The translations under genes and the position numbers were made by a program. 64,000 nt of DNA from assembly GCF_039654945.1 (NCBI RefSeq), contig NW_027361677.1, forward strand, positions 19,964,001-20,028,000, in the 5' to 3' direction. This document shows positions 62,482 through 64,000 of this stretch, in pieces (the stretch's first letter is position 1; every line of letters starts with the position of its first letter). Below the pieces are notes generated by a model. It made no database searches and was not told the DNA's origin. It worked only from the letters and a program-made list of their open reading frames with translations. This DNA comes from Dendrobates tinctorius (taxonomy: Eukaryota).

Positions 62482-63037
62482 GTAAGACGTTTGTCACTCA
62501 ACTGCTTTGAATGTTAATCTTACTGAGTCAATGTTTTAATGGGTTATTTTCCCCTAAATTTATAAGTTATCCACTGCCCTTATCCTTCCATACGGGTTCT
62601 GTGGATCTCCGTCTGAGGTGGAGCAGAGGTGGACGCGCTCGACATCCGCTCCGTGCTTCGTCTATGGGAATGCCAGAAAAGTCCCACTAAAGTCCCATTA
62701 AAAGATTGTAGTGGAGGTCCAGCATCTAGAGCCCGGGTCACCTATGGGTAGGGGATAACTTAGGATTTAGGGAAGTGACTGCAAGTAGTATTCTCACAAA
62801 TGAGGAATATTAACACATAGTGTAGTAGGAATGACAGAACGTTTTACTGTACGAAGAACGCAGGGATTATACAGTGCGCCATTTCTGGTATATTCTGGAC
62901 TTTTATTTTCCCTGGTACTGAACAGGTTAACCCTCAGATGTGTTGGCACCATGCTGTCATAACCTTCACCAATGCTACTGGGAGTCGTGCCGCCCTATGC
63001 CAGAGGGTACTCTGTAATTATATTGTGTGTGCTCCAG

Positions 63038-63625
63038 TCCTATAGGCTGCACACGGGGCACTCCCTATAGACTGCACACGGGATACTCCCTATAGACTTC
63101 ACACGGGATACTCCCTATAGACTGCACGCGGGGCACTCCCTATAGACTGCACGCGGGGCGCTCCCTATAGACTGCACACGGGGCGCTCCCTATAGACTGC
63201 ACACGGGGTGCTCCCTATAGACTGCACACGGGGCGCTCCCTATAGACTGCACACGGGATACTCCCTATAGACTGCACACGGGGCACTCCCTATAGACTGC
63301 ACACGGGATACTCCCTATAGACTGCACACGGGGCGCTCCCTATAGACTGCACACGGGGCGCTCCCTATAGACTGCACACGGGGCGCTCCCTATAGACTGC
63401 ACACGGGGCGCTCCCTATAGACTGCACACGGGGCGCTCCCTATAAACTGCACGCGGGGCGCTCCCTATAGGCTGCACGCGGGGCGCTCCCTATAGGCTGC
63501 ACGCGGGGCGCTCCCTATAGGCTGCACACGGGACGCTCCCTGTAGACTGCACGTGGGACGCTCCCTATAGGTTGCACGTGGGACGCGCTCTATAGGCTGC
63601 ACGCGAGACGCTCCCTATAGACTGC
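63038..63625. repeat. 25-bp VNTR (about 23 copies) in CDK10 intron 12
   Basis: Unit CTCCCTATAGACTGCACACGGGGCG. Confidence 0.95.
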
Positions 63626-63744
63626 ATTCGGCGGACCCTCACTCTATAGTCTCCTTCCATCCAGCACGTTATCTCTGCCCCATGATTTTATCTTGAGCTT
63701 CTCCAGAGTAAAACACTTTGTTGTAGGCTGGTCCTGCATCCAGG

Positions 63745-64000
63745 TCAGACCTTTATGGCAAATAGTAACTTGGCACTCAACTTGAATGATCCTTTTTGAA
63801 AGAAAATTTTATTATGTGCAGTCTCAGAAACGTTTCGGCCCACAACAGGCCTTCGTCGGTCTGCCGACTGATGTCACAGTATGGTGACTAAATGCAGATC
63901 CAAAATTTTGGCTGTCATACAAGCGGTGGATACCGCGTTTTGATCTACACACCCCAAACCGACCTCCACAAGCTTTAGGGGATACCACTACATTGATTAC
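63745..64000 (-). mobile_element. Penelope-like fragment related to 11250-11782; left boundary approximate
   Basis: Shares GTAACTTGGCACTCAAC..GAAT.ATCCTTT, the hammerhead block and ATACCGCGT with the 11.3-kb element. Confidence 0.65.
63819..63870 (-). ncRNA. Minimal type I hammerhead ribozyme variant (core U4 to C)
   Basis: Minus strand: CAGTC-GG-CAGA-CCGACGA-A-GGCC-TGTTGTG-GGCC-GAAA-CGTT-TCTG-A-GACTG; stem I pairs apart from a small internal loop. Confidence 0.65.

Overview
Vertebrate genomic DNA, almost certainly a frog (inferred from the repeat content: Frog Prince-like Tc1, T2/Kolobok-type MITEs, DIRS1 with LAP2alpha-like gag, L2 with a 2A-like motif, Penelope-type hammerheads). It carries three intron-containing genes in the order seen at human 16q24.3. 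DPEP1 (+) has 10 coding exons, 18012-28707, 415 aa. CHMP1A (-) has 7 coding exons, 45702-52394, 196 aa. CDK10 (+) has 12 coding exons in the window from 54456, with the last exon beyond the window. All exon phases were checked by hand and splice to open frames. The rest is transposon- and repeat-rich: an L2 LINE, a potentially intact Tc1 in a DPEP1 intron, two DIRS1 tyrosine-recombinase retrotransposons nested tail-to-tail in an older Tc1, MITEs, a SINE and large GC-rich VNTRs that generate most of the long spurious ORFs. The most unusual items are (1) a TSD-flanked, non-coding, tandem-plus-inverted array of a highly structured 424-nt monomer with no recognisable hammerhead, (2) Penelope-type minimal hammerhead ribozymes, (3) an apparent spliceosomal intron in DIRS gag, (4) a VNTR that reiterates a CDK10 splice donor about 23 times, and (5) a 2A-like motif in the L2 ORF. 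None can be declared novel without database searches.
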